Source: Chloroflexota bacterium
GTDB taxonomy: Bacteria > Chloroflexota > UBA11872 > VXOZ01
Assembly (NCBI GenBank): GCA_965221905.1
Contig: OZ244922.1
Coordinates: forward strand, 2,208,001 to 2,272,000
Length of the DNA: 64,000 bases
Direction of reading: 5' to 3'
This document shows, piece by piece, positions 10,643-20,945 of this stretch (positions are counted from its first letter, which is position 1; each line of letters opens with the position of its first letter). The notes under the pieces were generated by a model, which saw nothing but the letters and a program-made list of their open reading frames with translations, had not been told where the DNA came from and did not search any database. A program made the position numbers and the translations under genes.

Positions 10643-12670
10643 GTGCCAGTGCTGACCGTACAGACCGGCCAAGCTGCGATTGTTGATAATCAACGTCGAA
10701 CCAGCAGCCCATGGGCACATACTTTCCAAGACACCTCGACGGACGTCGATAGGGGCTCCCTCTATCTAAATATGGAGGGGCTCAGCGCCGAATCAGCGGG
10801 GACAATCGCGGCGGAAGTTGCGCAGCATTATTTCGATAACGCGTCCTTGACCCCGGAAACCGCCCTTCTGCGCAGCGTCCGCCATGCCTACCACTATATC
10901 TACGATGCCCGCTTAGAGAGCTCCCTTTCCGATATCGGCCTTACTGCCGTCGTGGTGCGCGATGGGCGTGCTTCCATTGCTCAAGTACTGCCCACTCAGT
11001 TTTACCTGATACAAGAAGAAGAACTCACCGCTTTGCCCGACGCGGATGAACGACTAGCCGGACAGGAAGCCAGGCCGCAGCAAGAGGATCGTCATGCGCA
11101 ATGGAATCCTCCTGTTGGGTTGTTTCGCGCCACACCCTTCGCCAACGACGTTGCTGTGCTTTGTACGGACAACATCGGTACCGTGCTAAGCGACAAGGAA
11201 ATCGAAGATATCCTCATCGACGGCAAGCCTCAGTCAGTTGCGGAGAGCTTGGTTGATACTGCGAGAAAGCGCGGCGAAAGAGATGCCTCGGTCTTGGTGC
11301 TGCGCTTCGCCACCGCCAATGAGACCGCTAGACTACCCAAATCAACACGTGAAGAAGAACCCACGGAAAACATCGCTCCGGCGGTGAGAGAGACGAGAGC
11401 ACAGCCGCAAGGCAATGTGGCAACAGCGATTGTAGGCCTTGTTTTAGCCCTGCTGGTGATGACGTGGTCTCTCATTGCGTCGCTATTTCGGCCGCGCAGC
11501 CAATTAAGTGGTCAGACGACCGTTCCTTCTTCCAACCTAGCAACGCAGTCTACTATCGTGACACGCAGAGCGGCAGGGGAAGCGCAAAGGCAAAGGATGA
11601 ATAGAGTTGCTGCCGGCATTGTAGTGCTGCTTGTATTGGTTCTCCTTGTCATAGGGGCAAACGTTCTCTTTGGGGGCGAAGACACCTCAGGTAGTTTGGC
11701 GGAAGAACTGCCTACAACACCCCAAACGCAAGAAGAACCAAAGGTGACCCCTGGCCCCACCGATGCGGCAACACCTCCTCCGGCTGACGACACAGCTCCA
11801 GCGACCCCAAACCGCGTATCGGAATCTGATCCGGCTAGTACATATATCGACGAATTGCAGGAGCTTGTTCAGTTTGTGCCCGGCCAACAACCTGATGAAA
11901 TCTACGGCTTGAGTAACACCATGTATGTTCTCGATCGGTCCACCGGAGCCGTTTACCGCATCGAAACAACGGGGGAAAGTGAAGTCATTTACCAACCTCA
12001 GTCCGAGGGCTTGTCGGGAAGTGCCGCGCAGCACGTTACCGGAAGAGCGGACGTAATTCAAATCATAGACAGCGACAATCGACTCTATCAGGTGAGCAAC
12101 GGCGAAACGCCGCAGGTTGTGCAAATTCCCACTGGCACTATCCAGCAGCCGAGGGCTAGCGCAACCTACGATCAGAACTTCTACCTCCTAGACGCAGGCG
12201 CCAACGATGTTCTGCGTTTTCGTCCTGTGGGTAGTGATGTCTACGGTGAGCCCGAAGGATACTTCGGCATAAATAGTGGTGTAGACCTATCGGAAGCCAC
12301 TGATCTCGCTATCGATGGATCGGTCTTTATCATGTTCAGTGACGGCGCCATATATCGCTACGCCTCAAGCAGAAAAGCTGAGTTTGACCTGGTAACTCTC
12401 CCGTCGCCTTTAGGCACGCCCGGTGCTATATTCATCAGCCAAGGGATGGGTTCCCTGTACATTCTCGACGGTGAGAACGATCGTGTTGTTCAAGTTACAA
12501 CTGAAGGCGTTTATCAACGACAGCTCTTGGCGCCAAAAGGCCTCTTTGCTAATGCTATTGACTTGTATGTCAATCGGGGCGAAACATATCTCTGGATCGT
12601 CGGACCATTAGGGGTAACGCGGGTTCCGCTCCCAGAGCTTCCCCCGGATGCGCCTCGATCGTCTGCATGA
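10643..12670 (+). CDS. Membrane protein: degenerate PP2C-like N-domain, hydrophobic helices, Pro/Thr linker, NHL-like beta-propeller
   Basis: PP2C-like remnants (LCTDNI, GERDASVLV); two hydrophobic stretches; repeats MYVLD/FYLLD/LYILDGENDRV. GTG 10643 after AAGGGG. Confidence 0.7.
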   Translation: MPVLTVQTGQAAIVDNQRRTSSPWAHTFQDTSTDVDRGSLYLNMEGLSAESAGTIAAEVAQHYFDNASLTPETALLRSVRHAYHYIYDARLESSLSDIGLTAVVVRDGRASIAQVLPTQFYLIQEEELTALPDADERLAGQEARPQQEDRHAQWNPPVGLFRATPFANDVAVLCTDNIGTVLSDKEIEDILIDGKPQSVAESLVDTARKRGERDASVLVLRFATANETARLPKSTREEEPTENIAPAVRETRAQPQGNVATAIVGLVLALLVMTWSLIASLFRPRSQLSGQTTVPSSNLATQSTIVTRRAAGEAQRQRMNRVAAGIVVLLVLVLLVIGANVLFGGEDTSGSLAEELPTTPQTQEEPKVTPGPTDAATPPPADDTAPATPNRVSESDPASTYIDELQELVQFVPGQQPDEIYGLSNTMYVLDRSTGAVYRIETTGESEVIYQPQSEGLSGSAAQHVTGRADVIQIIDSDNRLYQVSNGETPQVVQIPTGTIQQPRASATYDQNFYLLDAGANDVLRFRPVGSDVYGEPEGYFGINSGVDLSEATDLAIDGSVFIMFSDGAIYRYASSRKAEFDLVTLPSPLGTPGAIFISQGMGSLYILDGENDRVVQVTTEGVYQRQLLAPKGLFANAIDLYVNRGETYLWIVGPLGVTRVPLPELPPDAPRSSA

Positions 12671-12891
12671 TCCAACGTCGATAGTCGTTGAATTCAAGGC
12701 CATCTAGGCTTCAGAAGGTCTGGCGATACCCTTCTCACCCATTGCTCGGTGCGTTCGCTCCCCTGACGTACCGTGGGAATTCGAGAGACCCGCCTGAGGC
12801 GCCTCGGTAAGTTGGCAGCAAATTAGATCTACACACAGGCAAGCATTGCTCGCTTGGGTCACCGTTAAGCCTCCTTTGAAGGAAGTTCACT

Positions 12892-14169
12892 ATGTTCTAT
12901 GATGAGGCGCGCATCTTTGTTAGAGGCGGGAAGGGCGGCAACGGCATGGCCCACTTTCATCGCGAGAAGTTCCAACCGCGCGGCGGCCCGGATGGGGGCG
13001 ATGGCGGGCGTGGCGGCAGCGTTCACCTTGTCGTCGATCCCAGCCTGAATAGCTTGCTCTTCTTGAATCGCACACATCGCTATGTCGCGGAGCCCGGAAA
13101 GCCGGGCGGCACAAACAAGAAACAGGGCGCCTCCGGCAATGATGTCCAGGCAATGGTTCCGCCGGGCACTGTCGTGAGCGACGCTACCTCCGGTCAGGTA
13201 ATCGCGGACTTGCGGAACGCAGGCGACCGGATGCTGGCTGCCCGGGGTGGTCGGGGCGGACTTGGCAACGTGCACTTTACTACCTCAACTCGACAAGCGC
13301 CGAACTTTGCCCAAAAAGGCGAGCCGCCGGTAGAGCGCTTGCTCGACCTCGAGCTGCAACTGATTGCCGATATTGGCATCGTTGGACTGCCAAACGCCGG
13401 AAAGTCGTCACTCTTGGCGCGAATTAGTGCGGCACGTCCCAAGGTGGCTGAGTACCCATTCACCACGTTGCAACCGGAGCTCGGCGTGGTGCAGCGGGGC
13501 AATGCTACGTTGGTGTTTGCCGATATTCCCGGTCTCATCGCCGGCGCCCATGCCGGCGCCGGCTTGGGACACACCTTTCTGCGTCACATCCGCCGGACCC
13601 GCCTGCTGCTGCACCTGGTCGACTGTGCCTCGCTTGAAGAGCACGACCCGGTTGAGGTATTTCACCAGGTGAACGATGAGCTCAGGCAGTTTGATTCAAC
13701 GTTGCTGGACAAACCGCAAATCGTTGCCCTCAATAAACTCGACGTTACCGAGGCCCGTGAGCGGTTTGAAATTGCGAAACCGGCTATCGAATCTGAGGGC
13801 TATGACGTGGTCGGCATTTCTGCGGTTAGCGGAAAAGGCATTGATGAGCTTCTCGGTAAGGTGTTCCATACTTACGAGGCGTCGCCGACTACCCGCGAGG
13901 AAGTCGTTTCGGTCATTGTCCCCGAGGTAGCAATTCCTGTCTCCGACGATTTTGCCGTCGCACGCCGCGGCGAACGCTTTGTCGTGAGCGGCAAAGCCGC
14001 GGTGCGCTTAGCCGCGATGGCCGATCTCTCTAAGTTGGATGGTTTGCTCTACTTCCAGCAACGGCTGGACCGCATGGGCATCACGGCGGCATTGGAGAAA
14101 GCCGGTGCGCAAGCCGGCAGTACGGTGGTCATCGGCCCTCTGGAATTGGAGTGGCAGGCCGAGCCGTAG
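12892..14169 (+). CDS. obgE: GTPase ObgE/CgtA
   Basis: Gly-rich Obg fold (GGPDGGDGGRGG), GLPNAGKS, YPFTT, DIPG, NKLD, C-terminal OCT domain. Confidence 0.98.
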   Translation: MFYDEARIFVRGGKGGNGMAHFHREKFQPRGGPDGGDGGRGGSVHLVVDPSLNSLLFLNRTHRYVAEPGKPGGTNKKQGASGNDVQAMVPPGTVVSDATSGQVIADLRNAGDRMLAARGGRGGLGNVHFTTSTRQAPNFAQKGEPPVERLLDLELQLIADIGIVGLPNAGKSSLLARISAARPKVAEYPFTTLQPELGVVQRGNATLVFADIPGLIAGAHAGAGLGHTFLRHIRRTRLLLHLVDCASLEEHDPVEVFHQVNDELRQFDSTLLDKPQIVALNKLDVTEARERFEIAKPAIESEGYDVVGISAVSGKGIDELLGKVFHTYEASPTTREEVVSVIVPEVAIPVSDDFAVARRGERFVVSGKAAVRLAAMADLSKLDGLLYFQQRLDRMGITAALEKAGAQAGSTVVIGPLELEWQAEP

Positions 14170-14447
14170 GGCAATTGCACTTTTGCAGTTGCAGACTCTT
14201 TCAAGGCGTGAGTCGCCACGGCAACCGGGCCCATTTCATGCACCTACGAGGGTGCGAGTGATCCAGAGCCAACTCTAGTAACCGTTTTATTATCTATTGA
14301 CGCCTGCGACCTCTTTCCCCGCATGCAACGCCGCACTCTTGTAGAAGTATTGCTCTGCACCTACAATAGATAACAGAATACATGCAACTTCGTTAATCAG
14401 GCTGCTTAAAATGCTTCTTGCAGTTTTGCAGCAAGGAAGGATCACCG

Positions 14448-14834
14448 ATGCCAAATGACCTCGATAGAAGGAAAGTAGTAATCCTGGAAGACGACCCGGA
14501 ACTCATCGATGCGATCGAGCGCCGGTTGCGCGACTACGGTTACCAATCGATTCTTGTGCGGCAGACGAGAAACATCATACAGTTTCTCAAGGCGGAGAAG
14601 CCGCAGACGATGATAATGGACGTGGCCCTGCCTGACGCAGACGGCATCACGCTGCTGCAGGAAATCAAGGCTGACTGGGAAGCCAAGAAGACACACGTCA
14701 TCGTCATGTCGAACTACTCGACACGGGTTAATTACAAGGTCCGCGACCATGTAGACGTGATCTTACAAAAGCCCTTTGACGTCGAGACTCTGTTGGAGTG
14801 CGTGCATCTCGTGGCCGCCATGGGCGACAAGTAG
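14448..14834 (+). CDS. Single-domain response regulator (CheY-like receiver)
   Basis: ILEDD, MDVALPDADG, KPF; AAGGAAGG upstream; no output domain. Confidence 0.9.
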   Translation: MPNDLDRRKVVILEDDPELIDAIERRLRDYGYQSILVRQTRNIIQFLKAEKPQTMIMDVALPDADGITLLQEIKADWEAKKTHVIVMSNYSTRVNYKVRDHVDVILQKPFDVETLLECVHLVAAMGDK

Positions 14835-14942
14835 GCCGCGAGCGACGTTCCACTTCCCACATTGACCGTGTTAGGCCGTTGCAGCTACTGGCGATATGCA
14901 GATAGTTGCAACGTTCTTGCACTTAACTGGGGTAATCGGCGC

Positions 14943-15938
14943 TTACGCATTGCAAGACGCGGACAATAGTCTCTTTATCTCCGCAGATCGCTTTCCGTGC
15001 ATGCGCAAGAACGCATCAACGCTTGCCTGCCGCGGCGCGCCGTCAATCGGACCGGTCACTGTCACCGACAAGGCACCCGCCGCGTTTGCCCATAGCGCGG
15101 CCGTTTCGAGCAACGCTCCACGCTGCAGCGCCCATAGAAATGCGGCATCGAAGGTATCGCCGGCCCCGGTGGCGTCAACTTCCTCAACTGGGAATGAGGG
15201 CACCGATACTGTCCCACTTTGGCTGAAAACGGTGCAACCGTCCGGGCCTTGCTTGAGCACCACGGCCTCATTGTGGGGCGCTTCACGCAAAACAGCGCAC
15301 GCGGCCCCAGGGGTTGTTGTTCCCGTAATCAACTGCGCCTCCTCGCCGCTTGGGAAGACAATGCTTGCCACGTCGAGGATAGGGCCGACCAGAGCGCGGA
15401 TTTGCTCCGGGTCGGCGAGCTCTGCCCGGATGTTTGGGTCCAGACTCACACGCCCGCCGGCTTCACGAACGAGCCTCGCGACCAATTTGCAATACTCCCA
15501 CCAGGCGTCATTCATGGCGAGACAGGAGCCGTTGACGTGAACCCAGGCGACCTGCTTCAGGACCTCGGCTGCCGGCAACGGCGGGGGCAGGCCTGCCGCT
15601 CCATTCCGCATGTGGAAGAAGAACGACCGCGTTCCATCGGGGTGATTGACGACGAAGGAAGCGGATGTGGGCAGTGCGCTTGAATGCGCGGTACCGCTAT
15701 AGTCAACACCTTCTTTCGCTAAGAACCCTGTAACCGCTTCGCCAAAGGCGTCACGGCCAACTGTGCCGAGAAACGTGCTGCGACCGCCAAGTCGGGCAAC
15801 TGCTGTAGCGAAAATCAGAGGTGCGCCGCTAGCAAAGGGCCCGCGATACGTGCCTTCTTGATCCAGTGGCGCATGGGGCCCCACCTGCACAAACTCGGCA
15901 AGCGCCTCTCCCATGCTCAATATCACGGTTCGCGGCAT
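14943..15938 (-). CDS. PfkB family sugar kinase
   Basis: GTVGRDAFG, DPNIR, VDATGAGDTF. Confidence 0.93.
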   Translation of the reverse strand: MPRTVILSMGEALAEFVQVGPHAPLDQEGTYRGPFASGAPLIFATAVARLGGRSTFLGTVGRDAFGEAVTGFLAKEGVDYSGTAHSSALPTSASFVVNHPDGTRSFFFHMRNGAAGLPPPLPAAEVLKQVAWVHVNGSCLAMNDAWWEYCKLVARLVREAGGRVSLDPNIRAELADPEQIRALVGPILDVASIVFPSGEEAQLITGTTTPGAACAVLREAPHNEAVVLKQGPDGCTVFSQSGTVSVPSFPVEEVDATGAGDTFDAAFLWALQRGALLETAALWANAAGALSVTVTGPIDGAPRQASVDAFLRMHGKRSAEIKRLLSASCNA

Positions 15939-16010
15939 GGCAATTCTTCCCCAACTTCAGATCGACTAGCCTATGCACAGTATACTTGCAAAGCGTGGGA
16001 GCAAAATCCA

Positions 16011-16607
16011 GTGCAAGAGCATGACCTTCGTACTCCTAGAATTCAGGCCAAAGTGCCCTGCGAATTCTGGCGCGGTCCGGTGCTCGAGAAAGCTCGGAAC
16101 GCCTTGGGTATGGTGTTGGCACGCCGCGACGCGGAGATTACATTACGCGGGAGAATCGTCGAAGTCGAAGCCTACGGCGGCAGTGACGATCCCGCCAGCC
16201 ACGCCTACCGCCGCATGACCCCGCGCAATGCGGTGATGTTTGGTCCTGGCGGCGTTGCGTACATCTACTTCATCTACGGCATGCACCACTGCCTTAACAT
16301 CGTAACCGGAAACAAGCACGAGGCAGCGGCGATACTCGTGCGCGCCCTCGAACCGCTTGAGAACATATCCGACCGCACCGACGGCCCGGCACGGCTTTGC
16401 GCTGCGCTCAACATCGACCGGCAATTCAATGGCGTTGCCTTAGACAGCGACAGTCTCTGGCTGGAACCGGGCGACTCGCCCCTGCCGGCACAAAGGCTTG
16501 TTTGTACCCCACGCGTCGGCATTAATCCAGATTCCCCCGCGGCTGCATGGCCGTGGCGATTTTCTATAGAGGATAGCCCACACGTCTCGAAGCGCTCTCG
16601 CCGTTAA
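16011..16607 (+). CDS. mpg: DNA-3-methyladenine glycosylase (Mpg/AAG family)
   Basis: GRIVEVEAY, YIYFIYGMHHCLN, GPARLC, PRVGI, PWRF. GTG 16011 with GGGAG is my preferred start. Confidence 0.93.
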   Translation: MQEHDLRTPRIQAKVPCEFWRGPVLEKARNALGMVLARRDAEITLRGRIVEVEAYGGSDDPASHAYRRMTPRNAVMFGPGGVAYIYFIYGMHHCLNIVTGNKHEAAAILVRALEPLENISDRTDGPARLCAALNIDRQFNGVALDSDSLWLEPGDSPLPAQRLVCTPRVGINPDSPAAAWPWRFSIEDSPHVSKRSRR

Positions 16608-16798
16608 GGACTTTGTCGGCATTAGGGCTGCTCTGGATCGAATTCTTATCCTCGTGCAGTCCAATTCCCTCCCCGTCCTAATTGCCGTTAGGAGCAAAGC
16701 TGCCACTATCGCACTTGCATCAAGCACGCTACACCCCTAGAATGTGGCGCAAGTAGCGTGATAGGTGCAGTTGTAGCAATGTCCCAAGGGAGCAAGTG

Positions 16799-17848
16799 AT
16801 GCCAGCCTACCGAGTTGGAATCGTGGGCTGTGGCGCGCGGTCGACGGCGCACGCCGCAGGATGGGTCGCAAACGACGGCGTGGCAATCGCCGCGGTCGCC
16901 GACCCAATACAAGAACGACGCGATACCTTGGGAGACAAGCACGGCGTAGCGCAAGCACAGCGATACCCGGACTTCAAGGACATGCTGGAACAAGCGCAAC
17001 TCGACTACATCTCCATTTCGACCAAGCCGGAACTACGGGAACCGGTTGTCGTGGCCGCAGTGGAGGCCGGCATCAAGGGCATCTTGTGCGAAAAGCCCAT
17101 GGCGCTAAGCCTTGGCGAAGCGCACCGCATCCACAGCGCCTGCGCCGAAAACCGCATCCCTTTGGTCATCAACCACCAGAAGCGTCACCTCACAGAGTGG
17201 CAGCGCCTTGCAACTATGTGCGCTCAGGGGGAACTCGGCACAATCGAGCGCATTGAGGCATCGTCCTATGGCAATCTAGCCAGCCAGGGCACGCACGTGC
17301 TGGACATGGTCTTGCAGTTTGGCGGCGACGTGCAGCCGCACTGGGCCATCGGACAGAGCGTCGGCTGGCGTGACTACGTTGGCGCCCATGCCGGCCCGCG
17401 CTACACGCTGGGACAGTATCGCTTTCCCAACGACATCACAGCCTACGTGCAGATGGGTGACGAAGCGCCCCAGTTGTTGGGTCGCGAGGACTCATGGATG
17501 CGCTTGCAACTGCGGGTGTGGGGCACGGAAGGCCGCGGTCAAGTTGATCTCCCCAACGGTACACGCGCCTGGCGAAAGGGCGAAACTGAACCAATCAGTT
17601 GGCCGGAGCGCTGGACCGATCCGCCAAACCTCGCCAGCGCTCAAGCGGGGCTCTCGCAGTCAGTCATCCGTGCCTCCGAAGACCCGAGCTACGATCCTCC
17701 CGCAGGTGGGATCCGGCCGCTCTACAGTTTCGAAATGCTTGAGGCGCTGTGTGCCTCAACAGAAACCCGTGAAATCGTTTCGTGGCCGCTGGCGGCATGG
17801 GATCACTCGCCAATGCAGAACCTCAAACCGGCAGACGCTCATGTTTGA
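16799..17848 (+). CDS. Gfo/Idh/MocA family oxidoreductase
   Basis: VGIVGCG, CEKPMA, GTHVLD. Confidence 0.9.
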   Translation: MPAYRVGIVGCGARSTAHAAGWVANDGVAIAAVADPIQERRDTLGDKHGVAQAQRYPDFKDMLEQAQLDYISISTKPELREPVVVAAVEAGIKGILCEKPMALSLGEAHRIHSACAENRIPLVINHQKRHLTEWQRLATMCAQGELGTIERIEASSYGNLASQGTHVLDMVLQFGGDVQPHWAIGQSVGWRDYVGAHAGPRYTLGQYRFPNDITAYVQMGDEAPQLLGREDSWMRLQLRVWGTEGRGQVDLPNGTRAWRKGETEPISWPERWTDPPNLASAQAGLSQSVIRASEDPSYDPPAGGIRPLYSFEMLEALCASTETREIVSWPLAAWDHSPMQNLKPADAHV

Positions 17849-18638
17849 TTACTTTGCGTCCAGCGTTGCCTTTGCGGAACGGCCCTTTGCGGAAGCATGC
17901 GCTGCGCTGCGGGAAACAGGCTTCAGCGAGGTGGACATCTGGTCTGTACCGAATTGGTGCGCGCACCTGCCTCCTGAAGATTCGCAGCCCGATCTGGATG
18001 GCGTAAAGCGCGTACTCGACGACAACCAGCTAACGTGCCGGGCGATTTCTGCATACGGCAAGGACTCCGATGAGATGATTCTAGCGCGGCTCGGGCACCT
18101 GGCAGCGCTTGGCGGTAAGGTGCTTGTGCGCGGCAGCGGGCCGGAAGACCAGTCAGTGGCCGAATTTGTAGAAGGGTTCATGCCGTTCGTGCGGCGCGCC
18201 GAAGAGCTCGGCGTTCAGATCGGCATTGAGAATCATCGCGGGTCCGTTATCAATAGCATTGCATCCATGCGGGAACTCTTGGAACGGGTGGAGAGTCCGG
18301 CGCTTGGCATCGCATTTGCGCCTATCCACGTCCACATGGCCCAGGAGGACATCTCGGAGGCTATTCACGCGGTCGGCGACCGCATTGCCCTCTGCTATGC
18401 GTGGGACTGGGGTCCAACCGCCGACAAGTTCTGGAAGGATCCGCAGGAGCAGGTGCCGGGAACCGGTGTGATTGATTTCCACGCTATGTTCCACGCCCTG
18501 AGCGAGATTGGGTACCAAAGTCCGCTCTGCATCTTCGCCCACGGCTTGGAGTACGAACGCACGGAAGATGGCATAGTGGCGTTGCGGTCCGGTCGAGCCC
18601 ACTGCCAGCAGGTGGAACGCGACCTCGGCCTGCGGTAA
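17841..18638 (+). CDS. Sugar phosphate isomerase/epimerase (xylose isomerase-like TIM barrel)
   Basis: ATG 17841 overlaps upstream stop; IGIENH, PGTGVIDF..F..L..IGY. Confidence 0.85.
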   Translation: MFDYFASSVAFAERPFAEACAALRETGFSEVDIWSVPNWCAHLPPEDSQPDLDGVKRVLDDNQLTCRAISAYGKDSDEMILARLGHLAALGGKVLVRGSGPEDQSVAEFVEGFMPFVRRAEELGVQIGIENHRGSVINSIASMRELLERVESPALGIAFAPIHVHMAQEDISEAIHAVGDRIALCYAWDWGPTADKFWKDPQEQVPGTGVIDFHAMFHALSEIGYQSPLCIFAHGLEYERTEDGIVALRSGRAHCQQVERDLGLR

Positions 18639-18690
18639 CGCGGCTTAGCTTAGGCCGCTCGGCAGAAATGCCACATCATTGGGCTCTCCC

Positions 18691-18768
18691 GCAGCCCCAT
18701 TCACAACCCCGGCTCAGCAGCCCCATTCACAACCCCGGCTCAGCAGCCCCATTCACAACCCCTGCTCC
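18691..18768. repeat. Tandem repeat, 3 x 26 bp (GCAGCCCCATTCACAACCCCGGCTCA)
   Basis: Units at 18691, 18717, 18743; third diverges at its 3' end; no spacers. Confidence 0.95.
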
Positions 18769-18794
18769 GTTGGACTACGCGGCGGCGTAATTAG

Positions 18795-18827
18795 CCGTTC
18801 GTGCTGAGCCTGTCGAAGCATGGACGG
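18795..18827 (+). repeat. REP-like palindromic element, copy 1
   Basis: CCGTTCGTGCT-GAGCCTGTCGA-AGCATGGACGG; 29/33 identical to reverse complement of 56321-56353. Confidence 0.8.
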
Positions 18828-18975
18828 CGTTGCCACCTAATCCATGGTCTGTATTGCAGGAATCTAACTACCGACGTTGCTAAGAGAATGTAGACTCTGA
18901 TGTTGGATAGCGTGTCTTTCCTTGATGGAACAGCACCCACCGACGCTTTGAGCCACAGTTGCCTGCTGCTTGCCC

Positions 18976-20010
18976 TCATCGAAGGGCCAAGCAAAGTCCC
19001 ATCTCCGTTGCCAATTCCTGCATCGGCTCCCATACGATGCGCGGCAAGGGATGGGTGCCACGAGCACGCGCTTCTCTCTCTAATCGCCCGGCGCGTTCAC
19101 CGGGGTAGAAGATCTCTTCCACACCGGGCTTACGCGGTCCGGACTTGATCCTGCTAATGTACTCCGTCACACGCCGCGCAAAGTCGGGGTGCGCCATAAA
19201 CAAACTCGGGTCCAAGACCAACACGAAGTGACCTACTTTTCCGCTCTGGCCGCTGTCAGGGCCATAGTCATTGCCGCTGAGAACGCCCGCTATAAGCTCG
19301 GAGACCAGTGCCAGACCGTAGCCCTTGTGGTCGCCCAGCGGCAGCAGCGTGCCTTCAACTGCCGCCTGGGCGTCTGTCGTTGGATTGCCGTCTTTGTCCA
19401 GTGCCCAACCCTCGGGCAGCGGAGTATTTTCCGCCGCATGCATGCGGACTTTGGCAAACGACGCGGAAGGCGCAATATCGAGCACTAGCGGATCTTCATC
19501 TCCAACGGGAACTCCGAAGGCCCAGGGATTATTGCCGAGCACGCGGCCCAGGCCGCCCGTGGGCGGCATCACTGCCTCGGCCACTGACGTGCAAATGGCA
19601 ATGTATCCCTGTCGGGCAGCGCGCAAAACGTAGTGCGCCGGAATGAAGAGATGGCTTGAGTTATAGACACCGGCCACGCCAATGCCGCTTGTACTCGCTT
19701 TGATGAGGCAGCGCTCCAGCGCCCGCGTGCACGCAATGCCGCCAAAGCCGTGATCCGCGTCCACGAGAACACTTAGCGGCGATTCCCGCAGCATGCGGAC
19801 TTTGGGTCTCGCGTTGATCGTACCCCCGCTGAGCCGCGGCCCGTAGTAGGCGACGAGCCGCACCCCGTGACTGGCGTGGCCCCGCAACTCCGCTTCCACC
19901 AGAATCCCCGCCAGTATTTGCGCGTTGCTGCGCGTCACCCCCAAAGCCCGAAAAGCTTCGGCGCAAAACGTTTCCAAGTCCTCGATTGCTATTGTGCGCT
20001 CGTCCTGCAT
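18976..20010 (-). CDS. Ldh_2 family (malate/L-lactate/ureidoglycolate-type) oxidoreductase
   Basis: GHASHG, GNNPWAF, GDHKGYGL, YPGE. Confidence 0.92.
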   Translation of the reverse strand: MQDERTIAIEDLETFCAEAFRALGVTRSNAQILAGILVEAELRGHASHGVRLVAYYGPRLSGGTINARPKVRMLRESPLSVLVDADHGFGGIACTRALERCLIKASTSGIGVAGVYNSSHLFIPAHYVLRAARQGYIAICTSVAEAVMPPTGGLGRVLGNNPWAFGVPVGDEDPLVLDIAPSASFAKVRMHAAENTPLPEGWALDKDGNPTTDAQAAVEGTLLPLGDHKGYGLALVSELIAGVLSGNDYGPDSGQSGKVGHFVLVLDPSLFMAHPDFARRVTEYISRIKSGPRKPGVEEIFYPGERAGRLEREARARGTHPLPRIVWEPMQELATEMGLCLALR

Positions 20011-20025
20011 TGGTGCTGTCCTTAC

Positions 20026-20940
20026 TTACTCTTTCACTGACCCTGCGAGAATACCGCGCACGAAGTAGCGCTGCAAGCTGAAGAAGATGATGAGCGGCAG
20101 CGCCATCGAGACAAATGCGCCTGCGGTGAGGAGTTGCCACTGCGAACCATACGAGCTGACAAGATTGGTCAGAGTGAGCGTCAACGGCGCTTTCTGGGGG
20201 TCCTGCAAGTACACGAGGGCTACCAGCAGGTCGTTCCAGACCCACAGGAATTGAAAGATTGCTAATGACGCAATCGCCGGCGTGGACAGTGGCAAGATGA
20301 CTTTAAAGAAGACGGCTATATCCGAAGCACCATCGAGAAAGGCCGACTCAAGCATCGGACGCGGCAACTGGCTGAAAAAACTATGGAGCAAGAAGATCGC
20401 GAAGGGGAGTCCATAGCCGGTGTGCGCCAGCCAAATGGCGGGAAACGTTCCCGCTAGATGAACAAGGGTAAATAGCCGCAGGACAGGTATGATGGTCACC
20501 TGGACCGGCACGACTAAGAGGGCTATGACCAGGATTAAGATCAGCCTGCGGCCCGGAAAGCGCATCCATGCAAAAGCGTAGGCCGCTACGGCGGCCACGA
20601 AGATCGGGAGCAGCGTCCCCGGCACCGCGATAATAATGCTATTCACAAAACTCCGCGCCATATTGTTTTGCGTGAGCACGTCGGCATAGTTCTGCAGTGT
20701 GATGTCAGCCGGATTCCATAGGATACGCCACCACCCCGTGGCGGTGACGGCAGTGCGTTCGCGAAAAGAGCTAACCAGGAGCGCAAGCGTTGGCGCCAGC
20801 CACAGCACTGCGATTGCAACCACAATGGCATGCACTGGGAGGTGGCGTGTCAGGCGCGCTATGCTGTGCCGTTTTGGCGTAGATTCCCCTGAAGGCGCCG
20901 GGGATGCTGCTACGCTCGGGTTTTCCTCAGACTTACGCAT
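20026..20940 (-). CDS. Carbohydrate ABC transporter permease (MalG-like)
   Basis: Multiple TM helices; EAA loop ESAFLDGAS; WND. Confidence 0.93.
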   Translation of the reverse strand: MRKSEENPSVAASPAPSGESTPKRHSIARLTRHLPVHAIVVAIAVLWLAPTLALLVSSFRERTAVTATGWWRILWNPADITLQNYADVLTQNNMARSFVNSIIIAVPGTLLPIFVAAVAAYAFAWMRFPGRRLILILVIALLVVPVQVTIIPVLRLFTLVHLAGTFPAIWLAHTGYGLPFAIFLLHSFFSQLPRPMLESAFLDGASDIAVFFKVILPLSTPAIASLAIFQFLWVWNDLLVALVYLQDPQKAPLTLTLTNLVSSYGSQWQLLTAGAFVSMALPLIIFFSLQRYFVRGILAGSVKE

Positions 20941-20945
20941 CAGCG

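Noticed and set aside
17319-17840. Long N-terminal extension of the 439-aa ORF
   Set aside because: Overlaps the Gfo/Idh/MocA gene in another frame; the real start is ATG 17841.
18691-18768. Possible CRISPR array
   Set aside because: Repeats are contiguous with no unique spacers, and no cas genes are in the window; the same applies to 27097-27153 and 56384-56459.
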